Origin: Candidatus Methanomethylicia archaeon
Lineage (GTDB): Archaea > Thermoproteota > Methanomethylicia > CALHIW01
Reading direction: 5' to 3'
Length of the DNA stretch: 44,811 bases
NCBI GenBank assembly: GCA_938030905.1
Contig: CALHIW010000001.1
Span: forward strand, 1 to 44,811
The notes beneath the pieces are model-generated. The model saw only the letters and a program-made list of their open reading frames with translations, was not told where the DNA came from and made no database searches. Both the position numbers and the translations under genes were made by a program. Shown piece by piece: positions 1 through 11,154 of this stretch (position 1 is its first letter; each line of letters begins with the position of its first letter).

Positions 1-195
1 CAAACAGCAGGTAGAGAATAACCCGAACCTCCTCAAGTAGCCTTATATGAAGAGCCTACTAGCCTTCACAGCCTCCAAAAACATCCAACACAGACACCAG
101 TCTAAAAAGATCTAATAGACCTTTCCTAAAACCTTATCTTGTCAGTATCGAATTTACTAAGCGATAAGTTTAAGTAGTTTCATGTATTCACCGTT

Positions 196-1383
196 ATGGT
201 TAGTATGGATGATTATCTCCTACTGATTCCAGGTCCAACAATGGTTAGTTCACGTGTTTTAAGAGCTATGAGTAGACAAGTTGACTCTCACCTACATTTA
301 GAGTTTAACACTCTTCTTAAAAGTGTAATAGATGACTTAAAGAAGCTTTCAGATTCTTCTGAGGTTTTCATTATAGCTGGTTCAGGTACTCTCGCACAGG
401 AGATTAGTATTGCAAATATTATTGAGCCGGGTGATAAGGTTTTATGTTTCACTAATGGGTTTTTTGGCGGTAGATTTCCTGAAATTGTTAAGAGGCATGG
501 TGGTAAACCTAAAGTGTTTGAGGCTCCTTTAGGCTCAGCTATTAAGCCTGAAGATGTTAGGAAAGCTTTAAGAGAGGATAGCTTTAAAGCTATTACTGTA
601 ACCCATATTGAAACATCAACAGCTGTTAAATCACCTATAAAAGAGATTGGTGAAGTTGTAGCTGGAAGTGGAGCATACTATATTGTTGATGCTGTATGTT
701 CCTTTGGAGGTGTTGAGGTTAAAACAGATAGTTGGAATATTGATGTGTTATGTACATGCTCTCAGAAATGTCTAGCAGCTCCACCTGGACTAGCAATTGT
801 AGGGTTAAGTAAAGGAGCTTTAGAATATCTTGAGAAGAGAGAAGTGCCTATCAGCATGTTTTACGGTGATCTTAAGGGATGGCTTCCAATAATGCGTAAT
901 CCATTAGATATTAAGTACTGGGCTACTCCACCTATAAACCTCATATATGCTTTAAGAGAGGCCTTAAATCAAATATTTGATGAAGGCATTGAGAAAAGAT
1001 TTGAGAGACATAGAATTCTAGGAGAAGCCTTTAGAAGATCTATGGAAGTGCTAGGCTTCAAGCTTGTAGCTGAAAGGGGATATGAAGCAGATACAGTAAC
1101 AGCTCTACACTATCCCAATGGAATTGATGATGTTAAATTTAGAAATTTAGTTGCTGAGAGAAGCATTCTCATATCACCAGGATTTGGACCACTACGAGGG
1201 AAAACATTCAGAGTTGGGCATATGGGCAATATAAGCCCAAACGATCTTATATCAGTAATATCAGCAATAGAGTATTCTCTTCTAAAACTAGGATTTAAAG
1301 TTGAGTTAGGCAGAGGCGTGAAGGAATTCAACGAATCCATAGGCAATAACCATTTTATAAGTAAGCTTGACGAGAAAGCTTAA
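196..1383 (+). CDS. Class V PLP-dependent aminotransferase (alanine-glyoxylate/serine-pyruvate family)
   Basis: LLLIPGPT N-terminus, GSGT, HIETST, VDAVCS, SQKCLAAPPG (PLP lysine) and FRVGHMG motifs; upstream TTTAAGTA TATA-like box at about 169-176. Confidence 0.9.
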   Translation: MVSMDDYLLLIPGPTMVSSRVLRAMSRQVDSHLHLEFNTLLKSVIDDLKKLSDSSEVFIIAGSGTLAQEISIANIIEPGDKVLCFTNGFFGGRFPEIVKRHGGKPKVFEAPLGSAIKPEDVRKALREDSFKAITVTHIETSTAVKSPIKEIGEVVAGSGAYYIVDAVCSFGGVEVKTDSWNIDVLCTCSQKCLAAPPGLAIVGLSKGALEYLEKREVPISMFYGDLKGWLPIMRNPLDIKYWATPPINLIYALREALNQIFDEGIEKRFERHRILGEAFRRSMEVLGFKLVAERGYEADTVTALHYPNGIDDVKFRNLVAERSILISPGFGPLRGKTFRVGHMGNISPNDLISVISAIEYSLLKLGFKVELGRGVKEFNESIGNNHFISKLDEKA

Positions 1384-1793
1384 ACTTTAGTTCTTGAATG
1401 ATCGTTCCGTGGGCTTAGGCGTGTTTTATCGTTTCTCTCATTATTGTTTTACAAATTCTATCATTTATCTTCTTGTTGATTCACGCTGTCAACATATATA
1501 CTATGACTTCATAGCATGGATGCATGTTCATCATCACCCACCTCATACATGGTATATAATTACTGAATAGTTTAGCTCTATCTTTTTACCATATTACCTC
1601 CCAATTACGTCTCCAAATCTAAACTATATTATGCTTAATTAATATTTTGCATATAGTGATGAGTTCAGTTAATATAGTTATTTTAGAGCCGTACATAGTA
1701 TAATTCTCTAAGAAATACTAGAGATATAAATGTATTACAACATTACAAAAATCAGTATGTAAAGCGCTTTTCAGTAGGGCTAGTAGTGGAGTA

Positions 1794-2978
1794 TTATGTT
1801 AATAGATTCAGTGCTGTTAATGCTAGGGCTTTTGATGCTGTTAATACTTCATTTAGATCTACCCATTCATCAATGCAGTGGCAGTTTTCAATATTTCCAG
1901 GACCAAAGGTTACAGCAGGTATTTTAGCATCATTAATGAAGTTTCTAACATCACATGTGTATGGTGTACCCCATGGTTCCGGCTCTACACCAACTTCTTT
2001 AAGGCTTCTTGCTAGTACCTTATATATCTCGGAATCTACAGGTATTTCTGCTGATTCTGAGAACTTCATGAGTTTAAGATCATAGTTAAACTCTGGATCT
2101 GAGCTTTTTATACGGTCTAGTATCTCCTTAATCTCTAGAGTACAGTTTTCAATCGTTTCACCTGGAATTACTCTTCTATCAATAACTATTCTACATAGAT
2201 CCGGTATGATGTTTTCCTTCAAGCCTCCTTGAATAACCGTAACTGAACACTTTGAATATCCTATCAATTTATGAGTTCTTCTCTTAATATCTTCATTGTA
2301 TGTTTCAATTTCCTTAATGAATTTAGCTGCTTTACTTATAGCATTAATACCCACTTCAGGTCTACTTGCATGTGCTGCTTTACCCTTAATTAATACTTCA
2401 AACCATGCGAGGCCATTTTCAGCAGTAGCTATTTTAAGACTTGTAGGCTCAGTAACTATGCCCCAATCACCCTTAACTCCTTTATCTATAAGGATTGATT
2501 TGGTTCCAGGCTCATTCGTTTCTTCACCAGCAGCGTAGGTTAATACTAGATCACCCTTAAGCTTTACGTTAGCCTCCTTAATTGCTTTAGCAGCTACTGT
2601 GAATGCAACTAGACCCCCTTTCTGATCTCCTGCACCTCTACCATATAAGCGATTTCCTACAATAACCCCCTCAAATGGATTGTATGTCCAGCTGGAAACA
2701 TCCCCTTCAGGAACAGTATCTATATGACCATTAAAAATAAGTCTTGGCTTACCGATTTCCCCTCTAAGATAAGCAATAACGTTGGGGCGATTAGGTAAAG
2801 CCTCATAAAGCTCCACCTCAAACCCCCAGCTTCTAAGCTGTTCAGCAATAGCTAATGCAAGATCTCTCTCCTCACCTGGAGGATTCCTACTAGGAATACT
2901 AACCCACTTCCTTAATAGACTAGTCACCTCATCAATATTTATTCTATTTAAAACCATTTCCTTGAAATTTTCAACCAT
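1794..2978 (-). CDS. M20 family metallopeptidase/deacylase (ArgE/DapE-like)
   Basis: FNGHIDTVP, GRGAGDQKGG, GEET, EPT, GKAAHAS.P..G.NAI and H..DE metal-binding motifs. Confidence 0.9.
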   Translation of the reverse strand: MVENFKEMVLNRINIDEVTSLLRKWVSIPSRNPPGEERDLALAIAEQLRSWGFEVELYEALPNRPNVIAYLRGEIGKPRLIFNGHIDTVPEGDVSSWTYNPFEGVIVGNRLYGRGAGDQKGGLVAFTVAAKAIKEANVKLKGDLVLTYAAGEETNEPGTKSILIDKGVKGDWGIVTEPTSLKIATAENGLAWFEVLIKGKAAHASRPEVGINAISKAAKFIKEIETYNEDIKRRTHKLIGYSKCSVTVIQGGLKENIIPDLCRIVIDRRVIPGETIENCTLEIKEILDRIKSSDPEFNYDLKLMKFSESAEIPVDSEIYKVLARSLKEVGVEPEPWGTPYTCDVRNFINDAKIPAVTFGPGNIENCHCIDEWVDLNEVLTASKALALTALNLLT

Positions 2979-3129
2979 ATATTCACCAAATTAACAGCTA
3001 AATACACATAATTAAACTTAACGACCAGCTTAAATCCAAAATTGATTATTACCAGTTAAAATACTTCCAGAAGTTAGGTTTCATTTCTACCTAGTGGTAA
3101 ATTTAAATTTGGTTGTAAATATATTCTGT

Positions 3130-3816
3130 ATGGTTATCGCTGGTAAAATATTTCGTTTAAGAGAGAAACTAGATTTAAATACAGTAGCTGCTAAATTAAA
3201 GGATTACCGAAGGGAATTTATTCAGCCAATAGAGGGAGTTGAGTTAAGCCTAATAACTGAGGTTAAAGATATTATTGTAAGAGGGGGTGAAGTAGAGGCT
3301 TTATTCTCTAGAGATGAAGTTATTAAAATATATCAGAGAGGAAGCATTGTACCACAGGTAAGAACTAAGGAAACTCCACTATTATTTTCAGAGTTTAAAG
3401 GTGAAGTTTTACTTACAATACTTGAGAAGAAATTTCAAGCAAACAATATTGCAAATCAGGTAAGTAAGGCTCTCTTCATCACATCAGGTCAAATAGTTGA
3501 AGCTAAAATACTTCCTGAAACCCTAAAAGGCTTCCATGAACAGAACCCTGAAGCAACAAAAGTCATATTTTTCAATGATGTTGATATACCAAATATAAAT
3601 AAGCTAAGCCTATATGGTGAGAGTCTAGCTAACACTACACTATATAATGAATACTGCTCACATGGAAAAATATGGTATATAGTGTTTAGAAGTAAAAAAT
3701 ATGGTTACATAACTGGTATAACTAGAAATGCTATTGTAACAGTATTTAACAACATCTTAAGAGATGAATTTCTCAACTATGTAAAGAATGAGGTTTTCCC
3801 CTTACTTCACATATAA
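3130..3816 (+). CDS. Conserved archaeal-type hypothetical protein (about 228 aa)
   Basis: Long ORF with host-like codon usage; ATG at 3130 preferred over the upstream GTG at 3094; no family recognised with certainty. Confidence 0.7.
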   Translation: MVIAGKIFRLREKLDLNTVAAKLKDYRREFIQPIEGVELSLITEVKDIIVRGGEVEALFSRDEVIKIYQRGSIVPQVRTKETPLLFSEFKGEVLLTILEKKFQANNIANQVSKALFITSGQIVEAKILPETLKGFHEQNPEATKVIFFNDVDIPNINKLSLYGESLANTTLYNEYCSHGKIWYIVFRSKKYGYITGITRNAIVTVFNNILRDEFLNYVKNEVFPLLHI

Positions 3817-3980
3817 TATCATCCCACCTCAAAATATTAATACTTCATTAAATAAAACTATAGCAGGTAATTAGCTGTTAACAGTAATATCTTGTATTGA
3901 TGATTTCTAAATGAAATGAAAACTTCAGCTAATAATAGTATACATAATAAGCTTATAAGTTTTGTATTTTAAATTGTTTA

Positions 3981-4676
3981 ATGAGTAGTGTTAAAAAGGC
4001 TTTAGCTGAGCTTTATGATGTGATTGCTCAAAGCTACGCATATACTAGACGTCGTTTATGGGCTCCAGTTGATAAGGTTCTTCCAGCAGGTAGGATTATA
4101 GATATTGGCTCTGGGCCTGGCTTGTATGCTGTAAATATATCTAGTAAACTTGGCGTTGACGTCATATGTATGGATATCTCTATTGGTATGCTTAAAGCTG
4201 CAAGGAGACATGCTAAGAATAAATCTATTTACCCATTAATACATTTAGTTATAGCTGATCTAGAGTATGCTCCATTTAGAAGTTATGGTTTTGATGCTGC
4301 TTTATGTATAGCTACAATACATCACTTACCAACACGTAGATCGAGAATCAATGGTTTAAGAGAAGTTGCAAGAATTCTAAAACCCAATAGTAAAGTTCTA
4401 ATAACAGCATGGCACATCCTTCATCCAAGAAATCTAATTAGAGTATTAATCAATATTCCAACATCAATATTTAAAGGTAGAGCTATAGGTGATATATATG
4501 TATCATGGCATTATAAAGGAGCTCTACTGAAAAGATTTTACCATTTATACACACTTAAAGAACTTAAAAGTGATGTTATTAATGCTGGTTTAAGCATTAT
4601 TGAGGATGGATACATTAGAGTGAAAAGTAGAATAGCTGAAAACATCTATGTATTAGCTCAAGTAGGCTTAACATAG
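3981..4676 (+). CDS. Class I SAM-dependent methyltransferase, Trm9/ALKBH8-like (tRNA wobble-U carboxymethyl methyltransferase candidate)
   Basis: DIGSGPG SAM motif; Y..IA..Y..TR...W, IATIHHL.T...R...L.E..R.L and RFYHLY...EL motifs typical of Trm9-like proteins. Confidence 0.75.
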   Translation: MSSVKKALAELYDVIAQSYAYTRRRLWAPVDKVLPAGRIIDIGSGPGLYAVNISSKLGVDVICMDISIGMLKAARRHAKNKSIYPLIHLVIADLEYAPFRSYGFDAALCIATIHHLPTRRSRINGLREVARILKPNSKVLITAWHILHPRNLIRVLINIPTSIFKGRAIGDIYVSWHYKGALLKRFYHLYTLKELKSDVINAGLSIIEDGYIRVKSRIAENIYVLAQVGLT

Positions 4677-4920
4677 TATCCAACTTAATTACCCATCCAG
4701 CAGTAAGCATATTGAAGCCGTATTCCGCATCATCAGGAACCTTTTACATAGCATATTCAACCTATTTAACTTACCCCGGTATCATCTTAAATATTTCCTA
4801 CAGAAACATCAATTCTCATAATTCATGGCTAACTAGCCTGAGGAATTCTTAGAACCTGTAAACCCTATAATCAGGAGATATGAACTACTAATAATACTAG
4901 TCATAGGAGTTTAAGATATA

Positions 4921-6093
4921 TTACTTAGTAGTTTTTTTATGTTTTTGTATTTTAGTTTTTAGTGTTTTATATCCTAAGTATCCTACTCCCCCTACTAGAG
5001 CCATGGGTATTAGGGATAGAGCTCCTGAAATTATTAGGCTTATAACTACTATCATGGCGTTTACTCCTGACTGTATTGTAGAAGTAAGGTCAAAACCTAT
5101 CTCCACAGTTTTAGGCTTAGCTATTCTTATAGTTATTGTAGATATATCTATACTACTTTCCGCTACTCCGAGCTTACGATCAGTTATTTTTGCCTCAATT
5201 ATCTCCTCAATTTTCCCTATATCCTTAGTTTTAGCCTCTACTATTAGGTATGCATTACTTCCCCCACTCCAGGATTCCACTATCCTCCCTATAGTTCCTG
5301 TCTTCACTATTAAGTTATTGAATTCCTCCTGAACATTTGATGTTTCACATGAAAGATCAATTCTATACACTTTATATCTTACTGTTAATTCAATAGTTAT
5401 GGATGCATATTCAACTCTTCCCATTAAGCCTTTAAGCTGAGCATCCATTCTCTCTATATCAGCTCTAACTCTTGTAAGCTGGTTCTCTATCTTTAAAACA
5501 TCATCTACAGTAACTGCCCTATTTAAAAGTTGAATAAGTCTAGATTCTAAAGCTCTTGAAGCATTAAGTCTACTTTTTAAGTCAATAACTTGCTCAGTAA
5601 CATCTTGTGTTGAAATACTTATACTCTCCACTCTTCCTATTTGCTGTACTGCAAGCATTGCCTCCTCAAATCTACTACTTGGAATACGTAGCTCAACAGT
5701 TGCTCCCCCCTCATATCCTTTACTATTATGAACATACCCGTTAAAACCTAATGCTAAATTAATAAGCTGCTGATATGCCAAAGTAATATTTGAAACAGTA
5801 AGCCTAACATATCCTATCTTTACAATCATTCTCTCCCACCCTACAGATGATGGGGATACTATACCCTTATCCACAGTTGGAGTAGCTGTTGGAATAGTTG
5901 ATGTAGTAGGAGCAGGGTAACTAGCTTCTGGATAGATAATTGCTGGAATAGGTGTAGGAGCTAGCACTTCTCGAGATCTACCTGAATAAGCACTTTTATC
6001 TAATATCTCACTAACATTAGACAAGTTTATTCCTATACCAACTATTAATGAAGATAATACTATTAAAGCTATAATGGTTAATATTTTATTCAT
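4921..6093 (-). CDS. DUF4349 domain membrane-anchored protein
   Basis: N-terminal TM/signal and Pro/Thr linker; RMIVK.G.V.L.V, LRIPS..F, QDVTEQVIDL..RL and IE..L..VR.DIE....QL motifs; C-terminal TM. Confidence 0.8.
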   Translation of the reverse strand: MNKILTIIALIVLSSLIVGIGINLSNVSEILDKSAYSGRSREVLAPTPIPAIIYPEASYPAPTTSTIPTATPTVDKGIVSPSSVGWERMIVKIGYVRLTVSNITLAYQQLINLALGFNGYVHNSKGYEGGATVELRIPSSRFEEAMLAVQQIGRVESISISTQDVTEQVIDLKSRLNASRALESRLIQLLNRAVTVDDVLKIENQLTRVRADIERMDAQLKGLMGRVEYASITIELTVRYKVYRIDLSCETSNVQEEFNNLIVKTGTIGRIVESWSGGSNAYLIVEAKTKDIGKIEEIIEAKITDRKLGVAESSIDISTITIRIAKPKTVEIGFDLTSTIQSGVNAMIVVISLIISGALSLIPMALVGGVGYLGYKTLKTKIQKHKKTTK

Positions 6094-6578
6094 AATTTAC
6101 TGAATTAACACCTCTATATATTTTCCCCTCACCATTAATACGTATCATAAATGCATTAACTATTTAAGCTCCTAATATAGAATAGTAATAGAGCTTAAAG
6201 TTAAATACGTTTATTATAATGTATTCCTATTTATTCCCTAAGAGGCTGTTAATGACATCAGTGTTATGATTACTTCTTCTGTATTTGATATGTTGCCTCA
6301 GGATTTAAGTCATCGATAAACTACTTCTACTAGATTGTTGAAGATTTATCAGCTTACTTGTAAGGTCTTCAGAATATACTTCATCTTTAAGATATTACTA
6401 GGGTGAGAGCTAATCTAATTCTTCAACTCAACAGGCTATTACACATAAATAGTTTAAGCACACCAACTAAACTTCTAGCATTAACATAAACACGCCATAA
6501 ACAAGACTTAAACATTTTAAGTTATTCTATCTGTTTATCTTAACGTAAGATTTAAATCCATAATTATCTATGTGAATT

Positions 6579-7772
6579 ATGAATGGTCGCAGCGGCTTTT
6601 ATGGATGGCTTGTGGTTGTAGCTGCTTTTCTTGTGATGTTTATTGAATGTGTACTTTATATTTACGGTATTTTTCTTAAGCCACTTATTGAGGAGTTTGG
6701 ATGGTTACGTGGATCAGTATCGTCTATTCATGCAGTAATGATGGCTACATATACGATAACAGTTATTCCAATGGGTAGGCTCTATGATAAGTATGGTCCA
6801 GATAAATTAATGGTTGCTAGCTGTATTCTAGTTGGTTCAGGATTAATGTTAAGTAGTGCAGTATCTTCGATTTGGCAACTATATTTTACGTTTAGTGTGA
6901 TGTTGGGGCTTGGTTTCAGTCCAATATACCTATCCTCCATGTCAACTATTCTAAGAAGGTTTACATCGAGAAGTGGATTAGCAATAGGGGTTGCAACCTC
7001 AGGAATTGGGGTTGGACAGTTAATAATGGCTCCATCTTTAACTCACATTATAGGTATTTATGGTTGGAGATTTGCCTTCATTGTAAGTGGTGTATTTTCA
7101 ATGTTTATAATTGCACTATCTACAATCATTATAAGCAGTACGTATAGAGGCTTAAGGATAAATACTTACAATGATGATAAGCTATGTAGAGGGGAAACAT
7201 TAAATGGAGCTTTAAAAACATGGATTTTCAAAATTGTTTACTTAAACTATATCTTAGCCTGTCTTGCTCTTTTCATAGTTTTAGTACATATGGTTCCATA
7301 CAGTATAGATATTGGTGTAGATCCATTAACAGCATCATATTGGTTAGGGCTAGTTGGAGTTTCAAGCGTACCTGGAAGAATTATTATGGGATTTGTATCA
7401 GATAAAATTGGGAAGGCTAATACATTTGCCTTATGCTGTCTATTTGAAGGATTTCTCATACTTCTCCTCCTCACTGGAAAGCATATACTACTATCTATAT
7501 TTGCTGTGTTTTTCGGATTTTTCTATGGTGGATGGATGGCTATGTATGCTCCATTAATTAGTGAGCTTTTCGGACTTAAACATATAGGCAGTATACTGGG
7601 AACCATTGCTACAACCTTTGGAATTGGAGGAGCATTAGGACCAACATTTGCAGGGTATGTATTTGATATTTTTGGAAGCTATACAATAGTCTTCATAATA
7701 TGTATGGTTATGTTTATATTGGTATCTCTACTAATTATTGGATTAAGAAAACACTTAAAGTTTAAATATTAA
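6579..7772 (+). CDS. MFS transporter (OFA/MCT-like)
   Basis: 12 hydrophobic segments; YGWLVV, GRLYDKYG and GFVSDKIG MFS motif A. Confidence 0.9.
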   Translation: MNGRSGFYGWLVVVAAFLVMFIECVLYIYGIFLKPLIEEFGWLRGSVSSIHAVMMATYTITVIPMGRLYDKYGPDKLMVASCILVGSGLMLSSAVSSIWQLYFTFSVMLGLGFSPIYLSSMSTILRRFTSRSGLAIGVATSGIGVGQLIMAPSLTHIIGIYGWRFAFIVSGVFSMFIIALSTIIISSTYRGLRINTYNDDKLCRGETLNGALKTWIFKIVYLNYILACLALFIVLVHMVPYSIDIGVDPLTASYWLGLVGVSSVPGRIIMGFVSDKIGKANTFALCCLFEGFLILLLLTGKHILLSIFAVFFGFFYGGWMAMYAPLISELFGLKHIGSILGTIATTFGIGGALGPTFAGYVFDIFGSYTIVFIICMVMFILVSLLIIGLRKHLKFKY

Positions 7773-8664
7773 ACTAAACAATTAATGCCATCTACCTATA
7801 CTCTCAGACTCATTGTAAACCCCACTAAATCTTCGAGTAAACACTACCAAAACTTACTATAATGCATAATAACCTCCATTAACGAGTATGCGAATTCTCA
7901 TATCACTCCTATATTGAATCCATCACTTCATTCCTTTAGCTTCTATACCATCTATACTTTGAAGAATACTAGGTACCTATCCCATATACTGCTTCTTGAA
8001 GTCTCTTAGCATCCTCTACAGCTATTTAGGAACCATATTATAAGGTATCCACTCACAACCAATAGTAGCTTATAGGATTTCATTAATTGTTTATTTACTA
8101 TCACCATAGGTCATCCTAATAGGAGGAGCTAGAGACTACACATGGATGAATTTCAAACTGGTTTCTACGTAAACCCTCTATGTTAATAAATGCAAAATCG
8201 AGATAGGTAAGCATTTAAAGATTTTACTGAAAAGCATGATTAATACATATCAGAAATGTAAAGCCATTAGAACATGCTAGAGAGTACTATACATACTACA
8301 ACTAATAAGACTACGACTAATAAGATCATACATAATTAAATGAGTAAGCACCATATAGAAAATAGATTAAGGCATTATTAAATTCCTAACTTTACTCTAC
8401 TATTCTAATATTCTTAGAATATATTAAATTAAGACTATGACTTAGCGGAATAATCAAGTACTATAGTGTAGCCTTCAACTCTTACCTATTGAGTATTACT
8501 ACTGTGATGAAAGATAATTAACTGTTCAAGATGAAGAATTACCCAACGTAGTTCTTACCCTCAGGGCTAGAAGCTGGTTAAATATTAAGTCTAAGCCTGG
8601 TTAGTGAATACATTTAATAATTAAGCTTCTAGATGCTATAGTTGAGTTTAGACCTCTATGCATA

Positions 8665-9474
8665 TCATGTAATGAATAGTATTGGCTGTATAGTCATTCT
8701 TAAGCCTATGAAAAGTAGGAATATTCCAAAAGCCCTCTTCAACTGTTTAGGTTTTGTTCTCCTAGCAATGTATGCTCCTACCTGTGCTCCAAATGCTATG
8801 AAGAATCCTGCTGTTGTACCATATGTTAAATCCACATTTCCTATTGTTAAATGTGTTAGTAGACTTGATGTTGATGTAAATATCATTGTAAACATTGATG
8901 TAGCTACAGCAATATGTATTGGTAAACCCATAAATATAACCATGAGAGAAACAACAATAATCCCCCCTCCAACACCGAAAAACCCACCAGTAAACCCAGC
9001 TAGAAAACCAACAATTAAGCTAAAGCCTACTGATACGTAGTATTCAAATTTTCCCCCATCCCTATCTACAATAATTCTCTTTAAGCTCCCCCTAACCATA
9101 CTTCTAAACTCTTTATTAGCTGTAAGTATCATGTATAGTGAGGTAAATACTAGAAATAAGCCAAAAAACGATGTTAACATTACGGAGGAGAAAAACTTTG
9201 TAGCATAAGCCCCCAAGCCAGCACCAATAATACTTAATGCAGCTAAAAATATACCAACAACCCTATCAATCCTCCCCTGTCTAAAATACGCTATACTTGC
9301 TGATAAAGCTGTAAAGAGTATTGCAAAACTACTTGTACCTACAGCCTTATGAGCTGTAAAACCAAGAATCAAGTTAAATATCGGAACCATAAGAAAACCC
9401 CCGCCAACCCCAATCATAGCTGAAACAATACCGACAATAAATATCCCAAGCCCAAACAATACTATTTCAATCAT
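8665..9474 (-). CDS. TauE/SafE family sulfite exporter (TSUP)
   Basis: Duplicated GVGGG....P and AVGTS/AVATS motifs in two halves. Confidence 0.88.
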   Translation of the reverse strand: MIEIVLFGLGIFIVGIVSAMIGVGGGFLMVPIFNLILGFTAHKAVGTSSFAILFTALSASIAYFRQGRIDRVVGIFLAALSIIGAGLGAYATKFFSSVMLTSFFGLFLVFTSLYMILTANKEFRSMVRGSLKRIIVDRDGGKFEYYVSVGFSLIVGFLAGFTGGFFGVGGGIIVVSLMVIFMGLPIHIAVATSMFTMIFTSTSSLLTHLTIGNVDLTYGTTAGFFIAFGAQVGAYIARRTKPKQLKRAFGIFLLFIGLRMTIQPILFIT

Positions 9475-9535
9475 ATAATACCAGCAAGTCTAGAACTCAT
9501 CTATCTATACTTATAAGTTTTTCTACACCATCAAG

Positions 9536-10178
9536 GGACGTGGCGGCTGGGGTTTATTTTTAGGTTGTTGTAGTTGTATGTGGATGTTTGTAGAGTAGGT
9601 TCAGTATTCTTATCTCTTCCCCTCTTAGGTGTGGGTTATGTTGGTTGAATGTTGTTTATGCTTTGCTTAATGATGAGGAGCCTGACTCTATAGGCTTCCC
9701 AACTCTTGACTTGATGATTGTAGGCTAATCAAAGCATTGTAGTGGATTTCTTCAGCCATGGAGTATTACCAACTACAAATTCTGTTACCTCAAGTACTTT
9801 AAATGTCTTTGAGGAGGGATTTGGAGGTTAGTATTCCTTATTGAATAAACCCTCATGAATATCAGCTCATCCAATCAACATCTAAGGATGAATACACCAA
9901 TACCATCCACCCTAACGCATACCTCATCAACAGCGATGAAACACCCCCTCAAATGCTATCTACAGCCACAACCCAACAACCCAACCCCTCAGACAACAAT
10001 CCTAGAAACCACACACAATCCAACAAACCCACCCCAAGACTTAAAACTTGAAAGTACATAGCTAAACCAATAACCCTAAAGCCTACAAAATCCACCCCCC
10101 ACAAACAACCCAAACCACCCAACAAACCCCAACACCAAACATAAAAAACTACATATTAAATCCTAAATTACCACGTCT
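9536..10178 (-). mobile_element. Degenerate IS6-family insertion sequence (transposase pseudogene)
   Basis: Imperfect terminal inverted repeats GGACGTGG.../...CCACGTCT; flanked by 8-bp direct repeat CCATCAAG (9528-9535, 10179-10186); broken minus-strand frames give IAVDEVCVRVDG, VYSSLDVD, LIFMRVYSIRN, FVVGNTPWL and IESGSSSL, resembling archaeal IS6 DDE transposases. Confidence 0.75.
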
Positions 10179-11108
10179 CCATCAAGGATTGTGTCCGAGT
10201 AAGGAGGGTATTTAAAGGTTTTGGTTTAGCTTCTTCGCATGAATATTGTTGCTCTAATCTCTAGCTGCTTCAAGCATAGTAGAAGAGTTGTGAAGTTAAA
10301 TATACAACGCATTGTTCAGTAGTTAAAAGTCAATTCTAAACGATTTAGGCTACTATCTCTATTATTGTATGGTCATAGTTTTCAAGGAGCCTTCTCTATC
10401 CAACTATATCCATATATTTTCCAATACCATTCCCCTCTTTTCCCTGAATATATCCAAATCTTCCATACTCCTCACTATTGTTTTGTGTTGTTAGTGTTTC
10501 CTTGTTTAATTCCTGATTTGATTTTGACTTTTCCATCTTATTCCTGAATCTATTAGTTTTCTTGATGCTTCTCTATGTATTTTTACTGCTTTCTCCATAT
10601 CTTTTAATGCTATGAATGATGTATCCCCACTACTCCTGATACTTCATCACCATATATTGTTATGAACATGTTATTATCTTGTGATCTTAGTGTTTTGATG
10701 TTTTTAATGGTTTCCAGATTCAATACATACCGATTCATATACTACATCTAAATTTTCAAACACTATCCTAATATAGAGTTCACCCTCACCTATCCTCTCT
10801 AAATAAACCTTAACATCATCAACCATACTAGGACCTATAAATGCAATACCTAGAAAACCCACCATCCAACACCTCAGCCATAACAACAAGTACACCTAAC
10901 AAAAACATTAAAAGAATAGCTAAAACCACTATACCCAACTCAAATAAATATGGTAGAACCAATATATTGCTGTTAAAAATATTCCGTAAAGAATCATATC
11001 AAGGAGTAAGAAATCTAAATCTATTCCTAAGCCCCTTTATGCTATGCTACCAAACTCTTAGAGGGCAAGGAGGTGATGCCTATCCGGACACTATCCGCCT
11101 ACTCGATA

Positions 11109-11123
11109 GAAAACCTTAAATAT
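11109..11123 (+). promoter_or_regulatory. BRE/TATA promoter of the cdh operon
   Basis: GAAAACCTTAAATAT (purine-rich BRE plus TTAAATA) just upstream of cdhA. Confidence 0.55.
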
Positions 11124-11154
11124 TATGCCTAAAATACCCATCATGGTGATGTAT

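Noticed and set aside
1..90. Minus-strand LDV.LEAVKASR, reminiscent of a nitroreductase N-terminus
   Set aside because: Too short, frame-broken and cut by the window edge.
1390..1600. Possible HicB-like antitoxin remnant on the minus strand (SD plus ATG, NYSVIIY)
   Set aside because: Too degraded to assign without a search.
9855..10061. 68-aa plus-strand ORF rich in P/T/N/H
   Set aside because: Antisense by-product of the A/C-skewed IS6 remnant.
10350..11119. Short ORFs and a DTSFIAL PIN-like fragment upstream of cdhA
   Set aside because: No coherent frame or family; treated as decayed DNA.
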